Origin: Clostridia bacterium
GTDB lineage: Bacteria > Bacillota > Clostridia > Christensenellales > Pumilibacteraceae
Direction: 5' to 3'
NCBI GenBank assembly: GCA_017623455.1
Contig: JAGAPA010000012.1
Coordinates: 982-64,981 of the forward strand
Length of the DNA: 64,000 nucleotides
This document shows positions 1 to 10,291 of the stretch, piece by piece (position 1 is the stretch's first letter; each line of letters begins with the position of its first letter). The notes beneath the pieces were generated by a model that was given only the letters and a program-made list of their open reading frames with translations, had not been told where the DNA came from and searched no databases. A program made the position numbers and the translations under genes.

Positions 1-3000
1 ATGCTATTGCGCAAAGTCCTGCTACAAGTCCAAATACGGACATTGCGTTTTGAGCACAACCTGCTGCACCTTTAGCACCAGTTTCGCCTATTTCACCCTG
101 CGGGCCTTGAGGTCCTTGCTCTCCTGTTGCTCCTTTAATATTACCAATCTTTTCCCACACGCTATTTTTATACTGATATAAATCATACGTTTCGGTATTG
201 AGGAAGAAATCGTTTTCTTTCATATCGGCCGTAGGAAGCTCAGTTCCGGTAAACCACTTGTTTCCATCCGAGCCGTTCAAACCAGGCTGTCCGTCAACTC
301 CCGGCTTTCCGTCTTCGCCGTCCACGCCGTTATCTCCGGTTTCGCCCTTGATATTGCAAATCTTTTCCCAGCCGTTTACAAACTGATAAACGTCGTTAGT
401 TTCGCTATCAAGATACATATCTCCGGGGAATGCGGAAACGGTAGGTGCACCTTCTCCGGTATACCACTTGTTGGCTACCTTTGATCCGCTTTGGATATAC
501 GCGGTATCGATGATGATCTTTTTGATTTGAGCAGTCATTTCTTCGGCAGACGTAGTTCCAACGTTTTCAATTACCTCAACTCCATTTTTACCGTAGAGTG
601 TAATATTTGAATTATGTCTGTACTCGTTAGTTCCCTCTCCGCCCTTTTCTTCGATATCTACGGAATAGCAATCCTTAAGCCAGATATTGTCCTCTTCTGC
701 GTATTCTCCCGTAAGAACGTATCCTACGATTCCGCCTGCAAAATACTTATCGCTGTTTGCAAGAACGGATTCTGTTTCTTTAGCATAAAGATTGTAGCAG
801 TTCTCTACAAGGAAAGGATATTTATCCTTATTGATATCAAACATTGTGCGAGCGTGTCCAACGATTCCGCCCCAATAAACGTTCTTGGTAAGCGCCTTAT
901 TTCCAGTATACTTGAAGTATCCGCTATTGTAAGAATTTTTAATAACGAGATTTCCTTCCATATTATCTTCCGCTTTACCACCGTTAGTAGTAGAAGCAGA
1001 GGGAGAAACAAGTCCTACGATTCCACCAAACGCACCGTCATATAGCGTTACGTCCTCGGTAAGAGTAATTCCGCCTGTAAACGAGCAGTTTTCGATTACG
1101 GAATTATAACCTGCATTACCTGCAATACCACCTACGATAGTGTGATTTCCGTCCACTTCGATTTCTACAGCCGAAGTACAGCCTCTGATTGTTGTAGCGT
1201 AAGCCGTTCCAACGATACTTCCTACAACGCCGATATGATAATATCCGTCAAATTCTCCACCAGATATGGTTTTACGATTTGATATGGTTGTATAAATCTT
1301 AACACTATCGGTAAGACGACATCCTTCGATTACGTTAAAATCCGAAGTTGCAAGTCCGTCTTCGTCTGCAATTGCACGACCTACAAGTCCGCCCGTTACG
1401 CCTCTGCTGTAAATATCGAGGTTGTCAAGAGTAAGATTTTTAATGGTTGCGCCATATATACATCCGAACAAGCCGTCCGTCCAGTTACGATTTGTTCCGT
1501 GTCCCAAAAGTCCATTGCTTGCACTTCTGGGAAGGAAGGGAACTACTCTACCGTTTTTGATAGAATAACCATTTCCGTCATAAGTTCCACCAAACGCGGA
1601 CATTTGCTTACTATTTGCCGAATAATATGCTCCAATCGACTGAATTGCCATTCCCTGAAGGTCAATATCGGCATCCTGCTTAAAATATACACCGTCGAAC
1701 GTTACGTCTTTGGGTGTAGATCCCGAAAGGTCGCCCTTCTTAATCTCGTCAGCCATCCACAAAAGATGTCCGGGATGATTGATAATATAAGGATCAGACT
1801 CTGTTCCCCGTCCATTGGGCTTAACTTCAGCGCCACCCCATACGTAGTTTGTTTCATCTTTATCTGCATCAAGATCGAAAGTGAATTGGTTAGCGGAATA
1901 GAAGTACTTTTCTTGGGTTACGGAATAATACTCAACGTCCACCTCACTACCACCATTGCTAAAACGGAATAATGCAACGGCTGCTATACCGTCTACTTCT
2001 CCCCAACCAAACGTGTCGTTATCTGCAGCAGCGGTATCTTTAGGATCTAAAGCATGCATAAGTGCCGAGTCAATCATCTGAGCATCGATAAGGAACTGCG
2101 AAACGGTATTTCCATGAATACCTTTACTTTGAGTCATGGTTATAAAGTTGAACTCTTGGTGTCCGCTTACAACCATCTTAATGTTTTCATGCAAAGAAGC
2201 AAACTTATTCCATACGTCTACACCCGTGTTGTTTGTTATAGCACTACTTGTTCTTTCAGCATCGGTAAGCATACCGTCGCCATGCATATAGTTGTGAAGA
2301 GTAATTACTACTTTGTGGTCTTTATTTGCCGAAACGATCTTGTTTGCCCAAATAAGAACTTCGTCGGAAGGATCCCAGTCGAGGTTTACAAACATCCACT
2401 TATTATTACCTACGGTTAACTTTTTGTAAGTGTTCTTATAATCATTTGTGGCAAACGTTCCACCGCCGTTTGAGGAAGTAAACTGTGCGGTGTATTGAGC
2501 GTCTTTTCCGAAATAATCATTGATTCCTGTTCCGCCCAACTTATTTTCGGTAACGGTAACGTCGCCCTTAGTATAGCTTACCGTCTTGTTCGGATCGCCG
2601 TAATCGTGGTTACCGTTAATTACCGAATAGTTTGTAACACCGTTAAGCTGAGAAATCGCGTCGTAAGCAACTTTCCACTCGGAAGGAAGATCGTAGTTAG
2701 TTACGTCGCCAAGTCCTGCAACGAACTCGATTTTTTGACTTTCAGCATTATCTGCAATCCATTTATAAAGTCTTTCGACCTGCTTGGTATCGTATTCGGT
2801 ATCGTTTTCGGTAAGATACTGAATATCGGGAACAAACGCGAAAGTATAATCGTAATCCGAAGGTGTGGTAGTTCCATTGTCAAGCCAAACTTTATTGTAA
2901 GTAAGATCAATTCCGTTTGCACTTGCATCCAAAACGTTTTCGCCAACGTTTACATCCAAATTCCAATGAGCAAGAAGACTCTCTGCGTTTGCATCTACTC

Positions 3001-3709
3001 CGTTTGCATAATCGTTTGCAATTTCCTGAGCCGTTCTTTGAGAAGAGAACAACGACATATTGTACAAGCTTCCCTTAAACGTCTGCTCAAGTCCCGGACG
3101 GATATCTCCACCTACGGCAATGGGATAGTCTGTTGCTCTATCGTCAAACGTTACCCACTGAGAGTTTGTGTTTGCACCCGAAATATAATCGGTTTCTGCC
3201 AACACACCGTTCTTGTAGCACGTTGCGGCGCTATGAAGCGGATCGGACACTATTGTAATATGAGTCCACTCACCCGGTTTAATCTCAACCGTATCAAAAT
3301 TTATTGCCAAAGCAGAATTAACTTTGGTGTTAAGAACGTCTTTGTACTCAAATCTGGGGCTGATATGTCCCGAAACGGAATACAAGTCAAAATGGAAATA
3401 CGGAGAATTTGTATTACCCGCATAAGAGCTAAGAAGAGATCCGGGTCTTTTTGACGTATCCCAATTTGCGGGCAAATAAACCCACGTTTCAATGGTAAGC
3501 GGAACCTGATCAAGCTCGTCCCCCACAACAAAATACTGCTCGCCGTTAAAATTATAACCATCGCCTGCAGACGTTGGCTTTACCTTGCTTGCAACAATTT
3601 GAACAATGCTTTGCTCGGCATAGGCGCTTGTGTAAGAAACGCTCGGCAAGAAAGAAAAAAGCGACAATGCCATTACGAAAGACGTAATTCCTGCAATTAA
3701 CTTTTTCAT
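1..3709 (-). CDS. Large secreted multidomain protein: signal peptide, LamG/concanavalin-like domain, calcineurin-like metallophosphatase, GLUG-type repeats, two collagen-like G-X-Y runs. The 3' end lies off the window.
   Basis: My own translation of the minus strand is open from ATG 3709-3707 (RBS GGAGA upstream) to position 1. It is absent from the ORF track because no stop codon lies in the window. N-terminus MKKLIAGITSFVMALSLFSF...AYA is signal-like. Metallophosphatase motifs are FVPDIQYL (about 2815-2838), GDVTN, GNHD (2603-2614) and SGHQE. Repeats of the form G-G-[IL]-V-G fit GLUG. G-X-Y runs sit at 263-346 and 59-133. The hydrophobic tail VFGLVAGLCAIA lies at the window edge. Confidence 0.8.
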   Translation of the reverse strand, partial: MKKLIAGITSFVMALSLFSFLPSVSYTSAYAEQSIVQIVASKVKPTSAGDGYNFNGEQYFVVGDELDQVPLTIETWVYLPANWDTSKRPGSLLSSYAGNTNSPYFHFDLYSVSGHISPRFEYKDVLNTKVNSALAINFDTVEIKPGEWTHITIVSDPLHSAATCYKNGVLAETDYISGANTNSQWVTFDDRATDYPIAVGGDIRPGLEQTFKGSLYNMSLFSSQRTAQEIANDYANGVDANAESLLAHWNLDVNVGENVLDASANGIDLTYNKVWLDNGTTTPSDYDYTFAFVPDIQYLTENDTEYDTKQVERLYKWIADNAESQKIEFVAGLGDVTNYDLPSEWKVAYDAISQLNGVTNYSVINGNHDYGDPNKTVSYTKGDVTVTENKLGGTGINDYFGKDAQYTAQFTSSNGGGTFATNDYKNTYKKLTVGNNKWMFVNLDWDPSDEVLIWANKIVSANKDHKVVITLHNYMHGDGMLTDAERTSSAITNNTGVDVWNKFASLHENIKMVVSGHQEFNFITMTQSKGIHGNTVSQFLIDAQMIDSALMHALDPKDTAAADNDTFGWGEVDGIAAVALFRFSNGGSEVDVEYYSVTQEKYFYSANQFTFDLDADKDETNYVWGGAEVKPNGRGTESDPYIINHPGHLLWMADEIKKGDLSGSTPKDVTFDGVYFKQDADIDLQGMAIQSIGAYYSANSKQMSAFGGTYDGNGYSIKNGRVVPFLPRSASNGLLGHGTNRNWTDGLFGCIYGATIKNLTLDNLDIYSRGVTGGLVGRAIADEDGLATSDFNVIEGCRLTDSVKIYTTISNRKTISGGEFDGYYHIGVVGSIVGTAYATTIRGCTSAVEIEVDGNHTIVGGIAGNAGYNSVIENCSFTGGITLTEDVTLYDGAFGGIVGLVSPSASTTNGGKAEDNMEGNLVIKNSYNSGYFKYTGNKALTKNVYWGGIVGHARTMFDINKDKYPFLVENCYNLYAKETESVLANSDKYFAGGIVGYVLTGEYAEEDNIWLKDCYSVDIEEKGGEGTNEYRHNSNITLYGKNGVEVIENVGTTSAEEMTAQIKKIIIDTAYIQSGSKVANKWYTGEGAPTVSAFPGDMYLDSETNDVYQFVNGWEKICNIKGETGDNGVDGEDGKPGVDGQPGLNGSDGNKWFTGTELPTADMKENDFFLNTETYDLYQYKNSVWEKIGNIKGATGEQGPQGPQGEIGETGAKGAAGCAQNAMSVFGLVAGLCAIA

Positions 3710-3817
3710 GTATAAATCTCCTTTAATATGATTTTTTTTAATTATAGCACAAGATATTGACAAATACAAGTTAAATATTGTAAAATAGTAGCAGAAAGTT
3801 GACCTTTGGAGGGGTTT

Positions 3818-4639
3818 ATGAAATATATTGCATTCCCACAAGAAGAAAAGAACAGGAATATTTTATTTTCGTATTATAACTACGATTATAATTCGCCTGC
3901 ATGTGAAAAGATACATTTTCACAAATACTATGAGTTTATAATAATTGAACACGGAACTATGGAAATTTTTATAGACGGTGTTTCATACGTTGCAAAAGAC
4001 GGCGAATGCGTTATTATCCAACCGTATCAAGCTCACAGTTTTCATCTGAACGAGAATAGCAAAAATTTGACTTATAATTTCTTAAAAAATTATGCCTCGT
4101 CATTTGATGCTTTTAACAGTCAGAAAAGAATTTTAAAGCCAATATTTACAATTTCGTCGATAACGAGCGAATTTATAATAAATAAATCAAAGGAACTCTT
4201 CGGTCGCAAGCAAGTTTTTCGCTCTCCGCCAGATAAGAAGTATGAAACGGATATAAAAGCCATAACCTACTCGCTCTGCTCCGAATTCCTAAAAAGTGCC
4301 GAATTTACTTCCGTAAACACAAAATCTCAAAACATAATAATGGAAGTTATCGAATATATCTGCGACAACTTTGAACAAAACATTTCCCTAAAAGAGTTCG
4401 CGCTAAAGCATAACTATAATTATCAGTATCTATCACGTAGATTTAACACGTTTTTCGACACGGGCTTTAAGGAGGTCTTAAACAGATACAGAATTGAACA
4501 AGCTATATCCTATCTTGAAGAAACCGATCTTCCAATATCATCAATAGCATTTGCAAGCGGATTCCAATCCATACGCTCATTCAACGACGCATGTCTGAAA
4601 TACTACAATAAAACGCCTTCTAAAATACGTAAAAAATAA
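3818..4639 (+). CDS. AraC family transcriptional regulator (cupin-like N-terminus, HTH C-terminus)
   Basis: ATG at 3818 is preceded by GGAGGGG (3808-3814). The track start at 3806 is a TTG. The C-terminus ...SIAFASGFQSIRSFNDACLKYYNKTPSKIR is a typical AraC HTH tail. Confidence 0.85.
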   Translation: MKYIAFPQEEKNRNILFSYYNYDYNSPACEKIHFHKYYEFIIIEHGTMEIFIDGVSYVAKDGECVIIQPYQAHSFHLNENSKNLTYNFLKNYASSFDAFNSQKRILKPIFTISSITSEFIINKSKELFGRKQVFRSPPDKKYETDIKAITYSLCSEFLKSAEFTSVNTKSQNIIMEVIEYICDNFEQNISLKEFALKHNYNYQYLSRRFNTFFDTGFKEVLNRYRIEQAISYLEETDLPISSIAFASGFQSIRSFNDACLKYYNKTPSKIRKK

Positions 4640-4643
4640 AGAA

Positions 4644-4673
4644 TACGCCGACTTAAAAATCGGCGTACTTTTT
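4644..4673. terminator. Bidirectional intrinsic terminator between convergent genes
   Basis: Hairpin TACGCCGA-8 nt-TCGGCGTA followed by a T-run. It overlaps the stop codon of the minus-strand dipeptidase gene. Confidence 0.6.
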
Positions 4674-5457
4674 ATTTGCGTGATAAAAAACTTTCGGCAT
4701 TGGAACACATTATCGCATCCACAACTTTTTTATCGTATCCAAGATTTTTCAACCTATCCTCTATCTTGTAAAAATCGGAATAATCGTCTATACCCACAAC
4801 TCCATTATCAGTACCGAAAAAATCAGTACCGATAGCAAGATTTCGAAAAGAAAACTTCGAACAAAAATAATCAATATGCTTAACTAAATCGTCAATTGAT
4901 GCGCTATTTTTCTCGGTGAGAAAACCCCTAACGAACGTAAGCCCAATTATACCGTTTTTTTCTATTACAGCACGTATTTGTTCGTTGGTAATATTACGCT
5001 TATGCGGATGTACTGCATCGAAGCACGTATGACTTACAAGCACACGTTCGGCAATTTCTATAGCATCAAAGAAGGTTTCGCGATTGAGATGCGACATATC
5101 AAGCGCTATATTATTTTCGTTTAATAGGCGTATGATATCCGCGCCCTTTTTCGTAAGAGAGCCACAAGCGAACGCACCTGCTCCATACTGATTTTCTCCA
5201 TTCCAAGTAAGCGTTATGAACTTTGGGGAAAATGGCAAGATATCAACAAAATCATCAATTCCGCCGATATCCTCTATAGACAAATTTTTAAGAGATTTTG
5301 CCCACGAAAAAGAATTAAGATATCGAGCGTTTTGTCCGCCTAAAAACAACGCGTAACACACGTTTGCGCCGTCCGTTAAGTCCTTTTCTATCTTACGTCG
5401 TTTCTCGTTTTCAGTTAAGTTTTCGTAAGTTATTAAGTCGTTATGCAAATCTATCAT
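4672..5457 (-). CDS. Membrane dipeptidase (peptidase M19) family protein
   Basis: N-terminal IDLHNDL (the H-x-D metal motif of renal-dipeptidase-like enzymes) and ...VSHTCFDAV. Length is 261 aa. Confidence 0.65.
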   Translation of the reverse strand: MIDLHNDLITYENLTENEKRRKIEKDLTDGANVCYALFLGGQNARYLNSFSWAKSLKNLSIEDIGGIDDFVDILPFSPKFITLTWNGENQYGAGAFACGSLTKKGADIIRLLNENNIALDMSHLNRETFFDAIEIAERVLVSHTCFDAVHPHKRNITNEQIRAVIEKNGIIGLTFVRGFLTEKNSASIDDLVKHIDYFCSKFSFRNLAIGTDFFGTDNGVVGIDDYSDFYKIEDRLKNLGYDKKVVDAIMCSNAESFLSRK

Positions 5458-5491
5458 AATTATTTATATTTCGTTTAAGCATAAAACGTTA

Positions 5492-5536
5492 CAAAAAAAA
5501 CAGTCCTTCAGTTAGGAAAGACTGTCTTTTGTTTTT
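5492..5536 (-). terminator. Intrinsic terminator downstream of ispH-S1
   Basis: An A-run (T-run on the minus strand) plus the hairpin ACAGTCCTT...AAAGACTGT. Confidence 0.5.
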
Positions 5537-5544
5537 AAGTTAGA

Positions 5545-7611
5545 TTAGAACTGGATGTCCTTAAGAAGATCTGCGAAAGGATTGTTTGCCGTATCTTCGC
5601 TCCATTCCTTACTCTCTTCGTTTTCATCGTTCTTCTTAGCTCTTACCTTCTTAACCTTCTTTGCAGGCTCTTCTGCATTTTCGGTTACTTCTTCAACGGG
5701 CTTAACTTCCTCGGGAAGGCATGCCTTGATAGAAAGATTGATCTTGCGGTTTGCTTCGTCGTAGGACATTACCATAACTTCTACTTCGTCGCCAACCTTT
5801 GCAACTTCGTTGATATCCTTAACGAAAGTTCTGGATACTTCGGATACATGAACAAGACCTTCAATCTTAGGTTCTACTTCTACGAATACACCGAAGGGAA
5901 CTACGCTTACGATCTTACCGGTAAGCTTAGATCCAACAGGATGCTTTTCCATGCATGCAACGAAGGGATGGGGCTGTAACTGCTTGTAGCCCAAGGAAAC
6001 CTTGTTCTTTTCTCTGTCAGCGGAGAGAACGAGGAATTCGTAGTTCTTGCCTACTTCCAAAACTTCGTCAACAGTCTTGATGTGAGTCCAAGACAAATCA
6101 ACAATGTGTGCCAAACAATCAAATCCGTCTACGCTTACAAATGCGCCGAAAGGAGTGATACGTTTAACAACACCGCTTACAACAACGTTGGGAACAACGT
6201 TAGCCCAGAATATCTCTTCCTTAACTTTTCTCTCTTCTTCCACTACTTTGCGGTGAGAAACTACAATCTTGTGCTTTCCGTCATCGATTTCGAGAGCGGA
6301 AACAACAAACTCTTTGCCAACAAAAGGCTTAAGATCCTTAACAAATCTTTCCTTTACCTGGGACGCGGGCATAAATACGGTATAAGTACCGAGTTTAGAC
6401 AACAAACCTCCCTTTACTTCCTTTTCGATTTTAATGGTAAAGGTTTCACCGTTACGGATTGTTTCTACAATTTTGTCAGCTTCCTTAATAGCGTCAACGG
6501 CTTTCTTAGAAAGGATTACACAACCGCTGTCGGGATCGTTAGCGGTAACAATCTTAACCTCAATCTTATCTCCCTCAGCAAACTGAGCGGGATCATACGA
6601 ACCGTCAAGGTTTACGTCGTCCTTACGAACGAGACCGTCTTTCTTTCCACCGATGTTTACAAGAATACCGTTATCGTCTGCCGAAACTACGGTACCTTTA
6701 ATACGCTTACCGGGCTTGTAGTCAACAAAAGATTCTTCTACTGCTTTTGCAAAATCTTCAGTAACTTTTGCTTCAAAATTCTCCATGTACTTTTTTACCT
6801 CCATAATCGATTCCTCGGGAACCGACGCACCCGCTATTATTCCAATAGCGTCTTTCGTGCTAAAATTTATTCTTTCTAAATCACAAAGGGAAGAGACGTA
6901 ATAGGTCTTAGGGTTTATAGCCTTGCTTACGGAAAACAGCTTAGCAGTATTTGAACTGTTTTTACTTCCGATAACCAAAACTTTATCACATTCGGACGCT
7001 AATTTTTCCGCTTCCTTTTGACGACCAACAGTAGTATAACAAATTGTATCAAAAATTTCAACTGTTTTAAGTTGTATATTTTGAATTTTTTTTAAAAATA
7101 TATTATATAAAGGCACCGAAAAGGTGGTTTGCTCAACAAAACATACTTTTTCGTCGGGATGAAGTGATTTTAGCGACTCAAATTCATCCGCTCCGTCCCA
7201 TATAACCACCTCTCCTTCGCACCTGCCGGCAATGCCGACAACTTCGGGATGAGATGGAGTGCCGAGGATTATTATTTTATAACCCTTGGCAGAATATTCC
7301 TTTACGATAGAATGTATCTTCGCAACGAACGGACACGTTCTGTCAACAATCTCCGCTCCCGTTTCTCTGAGTTTTTGCTCTGTAAGAGCAGTTACCCCGT
7401 GAGAACGAATGATAACTGTATCCTTTTCCGTTATTTCGCTGACGTCGTTTACAACTCTTACGCCTTTAGCTTTTAATCTTTCTATTACGGATTCGTTATG
7501 AATAAGCTGACCGAACGTGCAAGTATTGGAACCTGCTCTCTCAATCGCTGTATCTACAGCATTTTTTACTCCAAAACAAAATCCGCTTTTATCAGATACG
7601 ATAATCTTCAT
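5545..7611 (-). CDS. ispH: Bifunctional 4-hydroxy-3-methylbut-2-enyl diphosphate reductase (IspH/LytB) fused to ribosomal protein S1 repeats
   Basis: The N-terminus MKIIVSDKSGFCFGVKNAV...HNE...SSNT is LytB-like. The C-terminal half has repeated S1 OB-folds (G.V..I..FGAFV type). ATG at 7611 lies 2 nt after the plsC stop; the track start at 7617 is a TTG. Confidence 0.9.
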   Translation of the reverse strand: MKIIVSDKSGFCFGVKNAVDTAIERAGSNTCTFGQLIHNESVIERLKAKGVRVVNDVSEITEKDTVIIRSHGVTALTEQKLRETGAEIVDRTCPFVAKIHSIVKEYSAKGYKIIILGTPSHPEVVGIAGRCEGEVVIWDGADEFESLKSLHPDEKVCFVEQTTFSVPLYNIFLKKIQNIQLKTVEIFDTICYTTVGRQKEAEKLASECDKVLVIGSKNSSNTAKLFSVSKAINPKTYYVSSLCDLERINFSTKDAIGIIAGASVPEESIMEVKKYMENFEAKVTEDFAKAVEESFVDYKPGKRIKGTVVSADDNGILVNIGGKKDGLVRKDDVNLDGSYDPAQFAEGDKIEVKIVTANDPDSGCVILSKKAVDAIKEADKIVETIRNGETFTIKIEKEVKGGLLSKLGTYTVFMPASQVKERFVKDLKPFVGKEFVVSALEIDDGKHKIVVSHRKVVEEERKVKEEIFWANVVPNVVVSGVVKRITPFGAFVSVDGFDCLAHIVDLSWTHIKTVDEVLEVGKNYEFLVLSADREKNKVSLGYKQLQPHPFVACMEKHPVGSKLTGKIVSVVPFGVFVEVEPKIEGLVHVSEVSRTFVKDINEVAKVGDEVEVMVMSYDEANRKINLSIKACLPEEVKPVEEVTENAEEPAKKVKKVRAKKNDENEESKEWSEDTANNPFADLLKDIQF

Positions 7612-7613
7612 AC

Positions 7614-8330
7614 TCAATCAATCTTTATAACGAAATCTCTTTTCTTGTGAATCTTCTTTTGCTCTTTATAAAGTTTTTTAAGTTTCTTTTTCCCGCCGTC
7701 TTCCATATAAGCATCCATAAACTGCTTTGCTTCCAACATTTTCTCCGTAAGCAAGGTATTGGCTTCCTCTATGGCTTCCGCATCAAGTTTTCTGCCCTGA
7801 AACTCCTTAAAATCAAAAGGCTTACCCACGTATAAATAATTGCGAGTGAATATCTTATGCTTTTTATATATCATAACGGGAAGAACCATTGCCCCCGTCT
7901 TTGCAGCAAACAACGCGGTTCCCTCCTTTAACGGTTGCATATCCGTTGTTCCGGTCTTGTTTCTCGTTCCCTCAGGGAAAATCATAACGTCATCACCGCC
8001 CTTAATGGACTTTAATATTCCCTTTACAGCAACAAGATCTCCGCCCGGCTTTTCTCTGTCGATAGGTATTGCGCCTAAGTTTTTAAGCCATCCACCGATA
8101 AGAAACATTTTTCCCGTTTCCTTCTTGGTTACAAAACGCATATACTGATCCATGTGTGCAAGCAATAAGATAGGATCGAAAAACTGTAAATGATTAGAAA
8201 CTATAAACTTAGTGTCATCTCTTGGAATTTCCTCACCAAACATATATGCCGGACAAATAAAGTTGCCCAACCATTTGATTAGTTTCAGGTACTTTTTATA
8301 CCATTCTTGCGGTGTCAATTCTTTTTTCAT
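7614..8330 (-). CDS. plsC: 1-acyl-sn-glycerol-3-phosphate acyltransferase
   Basis: The H-x4-D motif NHLQFFDP and FPEGTR are both present. Confidence 0.8.
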   Translation of the reverse strand: MKKELTPQEWYKKYLKLIKWLGNFICPAYMFGEEIPRDDTKFIVSNHLQFFDPILLLAHMDQYMRFVTKKETGKMFLIGGWLKNLGAIPIDREKPGGDLVAVKGILKSIKGGDDVMIFPEGTRNKTGTTDMQPLKEGTALFAAKTGAMVLPVMIYKKHKIFTRNYLYVGKPFDFKEFQGRKLDAEAIEEANTLLTEKMLEAKQFMDAYMEDGGKKKLKKLYKEQKKIHKKRDFVIKID

Positions 8331-8332
8331 AA

Positions 8333-8983
8333 TTATTTAACAATCTCCGAAATTTTTGCACAAACCTGTTCTATGTTCATACCCGTAGTATCAATCTCTA
8401 TTGCATCATCTGCTTTTTTAAGTGGAGAGGTAGCTCTGTGTGAATCGTTATAGTCCCTTTGCTCAATTTCTTTCTTTATGCTTTCAAAATCCGCACTCTG
8501 ACCCTTTTCGAGCAATTCCTTATATCTTCTATTAGCACGCTCTTCAACCGTTGCGGTAAGAAAGAATTTGTATTCCGCATTTGGAAAAACGACCGTTCCG
8601 ATATCTCTTCCGTCTAAAACCGTACTCTGCTTGCTTGCAATCTTACGCTGCATATCCACAAGCTTTACTCTGACAAAGGGAATCGCAGATACGTCGGACG
8701 CCATTTTTGATATATGATTAAGACGGATATCCTTGCTTACGTCTTTTCCGTCAAGCCAAACAGTCTGAGCTCCGTCTACGTACTTTATTTCTATATCAGC
8801 ACTGTCAAGAAGCTCTTTAACTCTTTCGTGATCGTCTACCCCACAGCCGTCGTTGTACACTTTAAGCCCTATCGCCCTGTACATTGCTCCCGTATCAAGA
8901 TAAACAATATTGAGCTTTTTAGCCAAAAATTTTGCAACAGTACTTTTTCCTGCCCCTGCAGGTCCGTCAATCGCTATAACCAT
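8333..8983 (-). CDS. cmk: Cytidylate kinase
   Basis: P-loop IAIDGPAGAGKST and a conserved cmk-like body. The plsC-ispH/S1 neighbourhood is typical. Confidence 0.9.
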   Translation of the reverse strand: MVIAIDGPAGAGKSTVAKFLAKKLNIVYLDTGAMYRAIGLKVYNDGCGVDDHERVKELLDSADIEIKYVDGAQTVWLDGKDVSKDIRLNHISKMASDVSAIPFVRVKLVDMQRKIASKQSTVLDGRDIGTVVFPNAEYKFFLTATVEERANRRYKELLEKGQSADFESIKKEIEQRDYNDSHRATSPLKKADDAIEIDTTGMNIEQVCAKISEIVK

Positions 8984-10211
8984 TTATTTTCTCCTTTTCT
9001 ACTTTGTTTATATGTTCTGCAACAAGACGTGCTGTTGAGAGCGCAATTTGTATATTATATCCGCCGGTAAGCGCGTCTACGTCGATAATTTCTCCTGCAA
9101 AGTACAGTCCTTTTACCATTTTACTCTGCATATCTGAAGGATTGATTTCCTTTACGTTAACCCCTCCCGAAGTAACTATTCCTCGCGATACGTCGGAAAG
9201 CCTTTTTACTGTAAAACGCATTGCTTTAAGACCGCGAATAAGATTTTTTCTGTCTTCTTTAGTTACTCTATCTGTGCGTTTATCACCCGATACGGAACAA
9301 AATGAAAGATAATACGCAATCATTTTGGTCGGTAACAACGTTTTAGCTACGTCGAGCACGGTCTTGTTTTCCTTTTTGGCAAACTCTCTAAGAAGCCTGT
9401 TTTCCAACGTTTCTTCGGTGAGCGCCGGCTTTAGGTCTAAATATATCTCCAATTGAGAAAGCTCGGATTTGTTTATCTTACTGCTTAAGGAAAGCACGGT
9501 CGGTCCGCACAAGCCCTTTTTGAAAAACTCTGCATCCCCAAAATCCTCGTACGTTCTTTTACCATCCACCACTTTAACTCTAACGTTCTTTAAGTCCAAA
9601 AATGCAAGTGAGGAAACGTCCTCATTCGTTTCAATGGGCACTAATGCAGGATATGGGCCCGTTATGGAATGTCCCAACTGTTTTGCAAGCAAATATCCGC
9701 TCCCATCGCTACCCGTTTCGGGATAACTTATACCTCCCGTACATAATATCAATTTATCAAAATTACGTATTTCCCCCAAACTGTCAGTTACGTTAAAACT
9801 TTCATCCTGATTCTTCGCTACTGATTTTACCTGTGAATACACAAACTCGGTATTATTGTGTTTGCAAAGATTTACCAAAGTTGCGGTAACGTCCGAAGCC
9901 TTATTTGAAGCAGGGAAAACTCTTCTGCCTCGCTCCGTGACAAGTCTAAGCCCGTTTTTTTCAAAAAACTCTACTGTATCGGTTGGAGTAAAAGACCTCA
10001 AGGCGCTGTACAAAAAACGAGGATTAGTAACGACGTTTTCCATAAACTCTTCAACCGAGCACGCATTTGTAAGGTTGCAACGACCTTTACCCGTAATATT
10101 AAGTTTTACGCCCGGTTTTGAGTTTGCCTCAAACACCGTAACTTCCGAATATTTAAGTTGCGACGCTACAAACAATCCGGCAGGACCGGCACCTATTACA
10201 GCTACTTTCAT
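8967..10211 (-). CDS. NAD(P)/FAD-dependent oxidoreductase, HI0933/BaiN-like flavoprotein
   Basis: N-terminal Rossmann motif VAVIGAGPAGLF, length about 410 aa, and C-terminal GEIIDVDALTGGYN. Confidence 0.75.
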   Translation of the reverse strand: MKVAVIGAGPAGLFVASQLKYSEVTVFEANSKPGVKLNITGKGRCNLTNACSVEEFMENVVTNPRFLYSALRSFTPTDTVEFFEKNGLRLVTERGRRVFPASNKASDVTATLVNLCKHNNTEFVYSQVKSVAKNQDESFNVTDSLGEIRNFDKLILCTGGISYPETGSDGSGYLLAKQLGHSITGPYPALVPIETNEDVSSLAFLDLKNVRVKVVDGKRTYEDFGDAEFFKKGLCGPTVLSLSSKINKSELSQLEIYLDLKPALTEETLENRLLREFAKKENKTVLDVAKTLLPTKMIAYYLSFCSVSGDKRTDRVTKEDRKNLIRGLKAMRFTVKRLSDVSRGIVTSGGVNVKEINPSDMQSKMVKGLYFAGEIIDVDALTGGYNIQIALSTARLVAEHINKVEKEKINGYSD

Positions 10212-10291
10212 ATAAACTCCAAACTTTTTCTATATTATACACAAAATTAATAAATTAATCAAGTATTTGAAAGTTATATTATGTACGTAAC

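Noticed and set aside
614-3454. Plus-strand track ORFs 614-1045, 1499-1972, 2054-2419 and 2495-3454.
   Set aside because: Their translations are low-complexity and rich in Cys, Ile and Val, with no motifs. They lie antisense to a continuous, motif-rich minus-strand frame (1-3709) that the track omits only because its stop codon is off the window.
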